A DNA stretch of 64,000 nt from an uncultured Planctomycetaceae bacterium (lineage in GTDB: Bacteria; Planctomycetota; Planctomycetia; Pirellulales; PALSA-1355): the NCBI GenBank assembly GCA_963785305.1, contig CAWAUV010000008.1, positions 1,216,001 to 1,280,000 on the forward strand, in the 5' to 3' direction. Under the pieces are notes generated by a model, which searched no databases, was not told the origin of the DNA, and saw nothing but the letters and a program-made list of their open reading frames with translations. Numbering within the stretch: the stretch's first letter is position 1; the number at the start of each line of letters is the position of its first letter. Below are positions 62,494-64,000 of this stretch, in pieces. The translations under genes and the position numbers were made by a program.

Positions 62494-64000
62494 TCAAGCA
62501 GCCTTCGTGCCCACCGACTTGGTCTTGGCGGCGCGGTCGTGGAAGAAAATCTCCTCGATCGTCGACCAGATGGTTCCGCCATCGATGTTGGTCACGATCT
62601 CGGCGAGCCGCCGCCGCTGTTCGGCGAGAATCTTGGCTTTCTTCCAGTCGGCGTGAAGCACGTCGTGGATGTCGGCGGCGATCGCCGAGAAATTCTTGGC
62701 GTGAAACAGCCGGCCGGCGCGGCCGAGTGTTTCGGCCACGGCCTCCGAGGCGTAGGCGAACACCGGCGTGTCGAAGACCATCGACTCGACCAGCGGCACG
62801 CAGAACCCCTCGTGCTCGCTCATCGTGACGAAGACCGAGGCGGCGGGGTAAAGCGTTTTGAGTTGCCCGTCGCTGACCGACTCCTTGAAATGGATGAAAG
62901 GCTGGAGCTCTCGGAATTCGTTTTGCATCAAATAGCGCAGGTAGCCGCTGTAGCCGTCGAAACTGGCGCCGCCGGCGATCAAGAGCGCCGAGTCGGAATC
63001 CAACTTGCGATAGGCCCGATACAAGGCGAGCAGGTCCTCGATCCGTTTGTGCGGAGCCACGCGGCCCACATAGAGCAGGAGTGTTTTTTCCGGGGGCAGC
63101 GCGATCGGTTCGGCGGCGATTTCCAGCCAGCGGTCGGCGTTCATGAACGGCGGGCAGACATGCACATCGAGCTTCGACTCTTTTTGCTGCTCGATGATGC
63201 GGGCCGCTTGTTCGAGCAGCCGCGAGGCTTCCTCGAATGGGCCCCGGGCATGGGCGGCTTCTTGGACGGTCTTGCCATCGTGCGAAGGCCGCTTGTGCGT
63301 GGCCAGGTTTTGCAGCACGCGACCGCTGCTGGCGGAATTGGCGATCAAACCATCGAAGTCGCGGAGCAGTTCCAATTGATCGACCGCTTCCATGCAGTGG
63401 GCCGCATGTTCGGCGTCGTAGATTTGAAAGAATCGCGGCGGCGTGATGTTGTGGAAATAGAGAATCTTCTTGCAAGGCAGCATGCTGATCTGCCGCATGT
63501 ACGGATCGTGAATCGAAAAATTGAAGAATACCAGATCGGTCGGCTCGGCCACGGCGAGCAAGTCCGACACATGGCGCACCGTGGGCCGCAAGGCCGGATC
63601 GAAGTTGCCGGCATAGAGCTGGCAGGGAATTCCATTGCCCCGCAGGAGCCGATAGACGCTGAAGGCGAAATTTCCCACCGCGTCGTTTTCGAACACGTTG
63701 GCGGCCACCACATGCACTCGGCAATCGGTCGGCCACACATACCACGGAATGCTCGTCGGCTCGCCGCGCGGACTTTCGACCGCCTCGCGGCGCTGGAGCG
63801 AGCTCGCCAGGGCATCGGTCGAGTTGTAGATAAATAGCTTATCGTCGAATTCGATCCCTTCGCTCAGCGTTTGCCGAAGCACGACGTGCAGCGAAAGCAC
63901 GTCGGTCTCGATACCGGTGAATTGCCGGTTGACCCATTGCTCCTCGGCCGGTTGGTTGTCGAACAGCACGCGCAGCCTCGTGGCGTCCTTCTCCAGCCGC
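62494..64000 (-). CDS. Glycosyltransferase family 4 with N-terminal extension (partial, 5' end outside the window)
   Basis: DAVGN, YFHNITP, LYVGRVAPHKRIEDL, SEHEGFCVPLVESM; frame open to the window edge. Confidence 0.88.
   Translation of the reverse strand, partial: RLEKDATRLRVLFDNQPAEEQWVNRQFTGIETDVLSLHVVLRQTLSEGIEFDDKLFIYNSTDALASSLQRREAVESPRGEPTSIPWYVWPTDCRVHVVAANVFENDAVGNFAFSVYRLLRGNGIPCQLYAGNFDPALRPTVRHVSDLLAVAEPTDLVFFNFSIHDPYMRQISMLPCKKILYFHNITPPRFFQIYDAEHAAHCMEAVDQLELLRDFDGLIANSASSGRVLQNLATHKRPSHDGKTVQEAAHARGPFEEASRLLEQAARIIEQQKESKLDVHVCPPFMNADRWLEIAAEPIALPPEKTLLLYVGRVAPHKRIEDLLALYRAYRKLDSDSALLIAGGASFDGYSGYLRYLMQNEFRELQPFIHFKESVSDGQLKTLYPAASVFVTMSEHEGFCVPLVESMVFDTPVFAYASEAVAETLGRAGRLFHAKNFSAIAADIHDVLHADWKKAKILAEQRRRLAEIVTNIDGGTIWSTIEEIFFHDRAAKTKSVGTKAA

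Overview
GC-rich bacterial chromosome window, most likely a Planctomycete (inferred from lineage-typical genes such as the FDPY..WLGI..PPNHYRLLG protein, the GYF-domain protein and a REP-like palindrome). About 25 genes, including conserved housekeeping genes, are broken by 1-bp indels, which points to long-read consensus errors rather than true pseudogenes. From left to right: the start of a putative integrase ORF just downstream of a complete tmRNA (ssrA, 426-786, minus strand); aguB/aguA; an ArsR-SRPBCC-DUF899 stress operon; rtcB; a cyclophilin; lactate permease; a ~19 kb ABC-transporter-dependent surface polysaccharide locus (GT4/GT2/GT11, nucleotide-sugar dehydrogenase, gmhB-transaldolase, several methyltransferase-like genes, wzt/wzm split by an oppositely oriented membrane protein, GDP-mannose 3,5-epimerase-like gene, wecA); uvrA and recJ; a MarR-flavin halogenase pair; a GYF / secreted protein / membrane P-loop ATPase cluster; a divergent ClpP; a nucleotidyltransferase-HD fusion; glgC-arfB; an IrrE/ImmA-like protease behind a perfect TGTAC-N4-GTACA palindrome; an ACP-FGE-fold fusion; an Ntn hydrolase; psd-pssA-ribE-rsmA; dprA; a PAS kinase/FixJ-like pair; and part of a second polysaccharide locus. 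No CRISPR array, rRNA or tRNA was seen. All calls come from motif reading only; no database searches were run.
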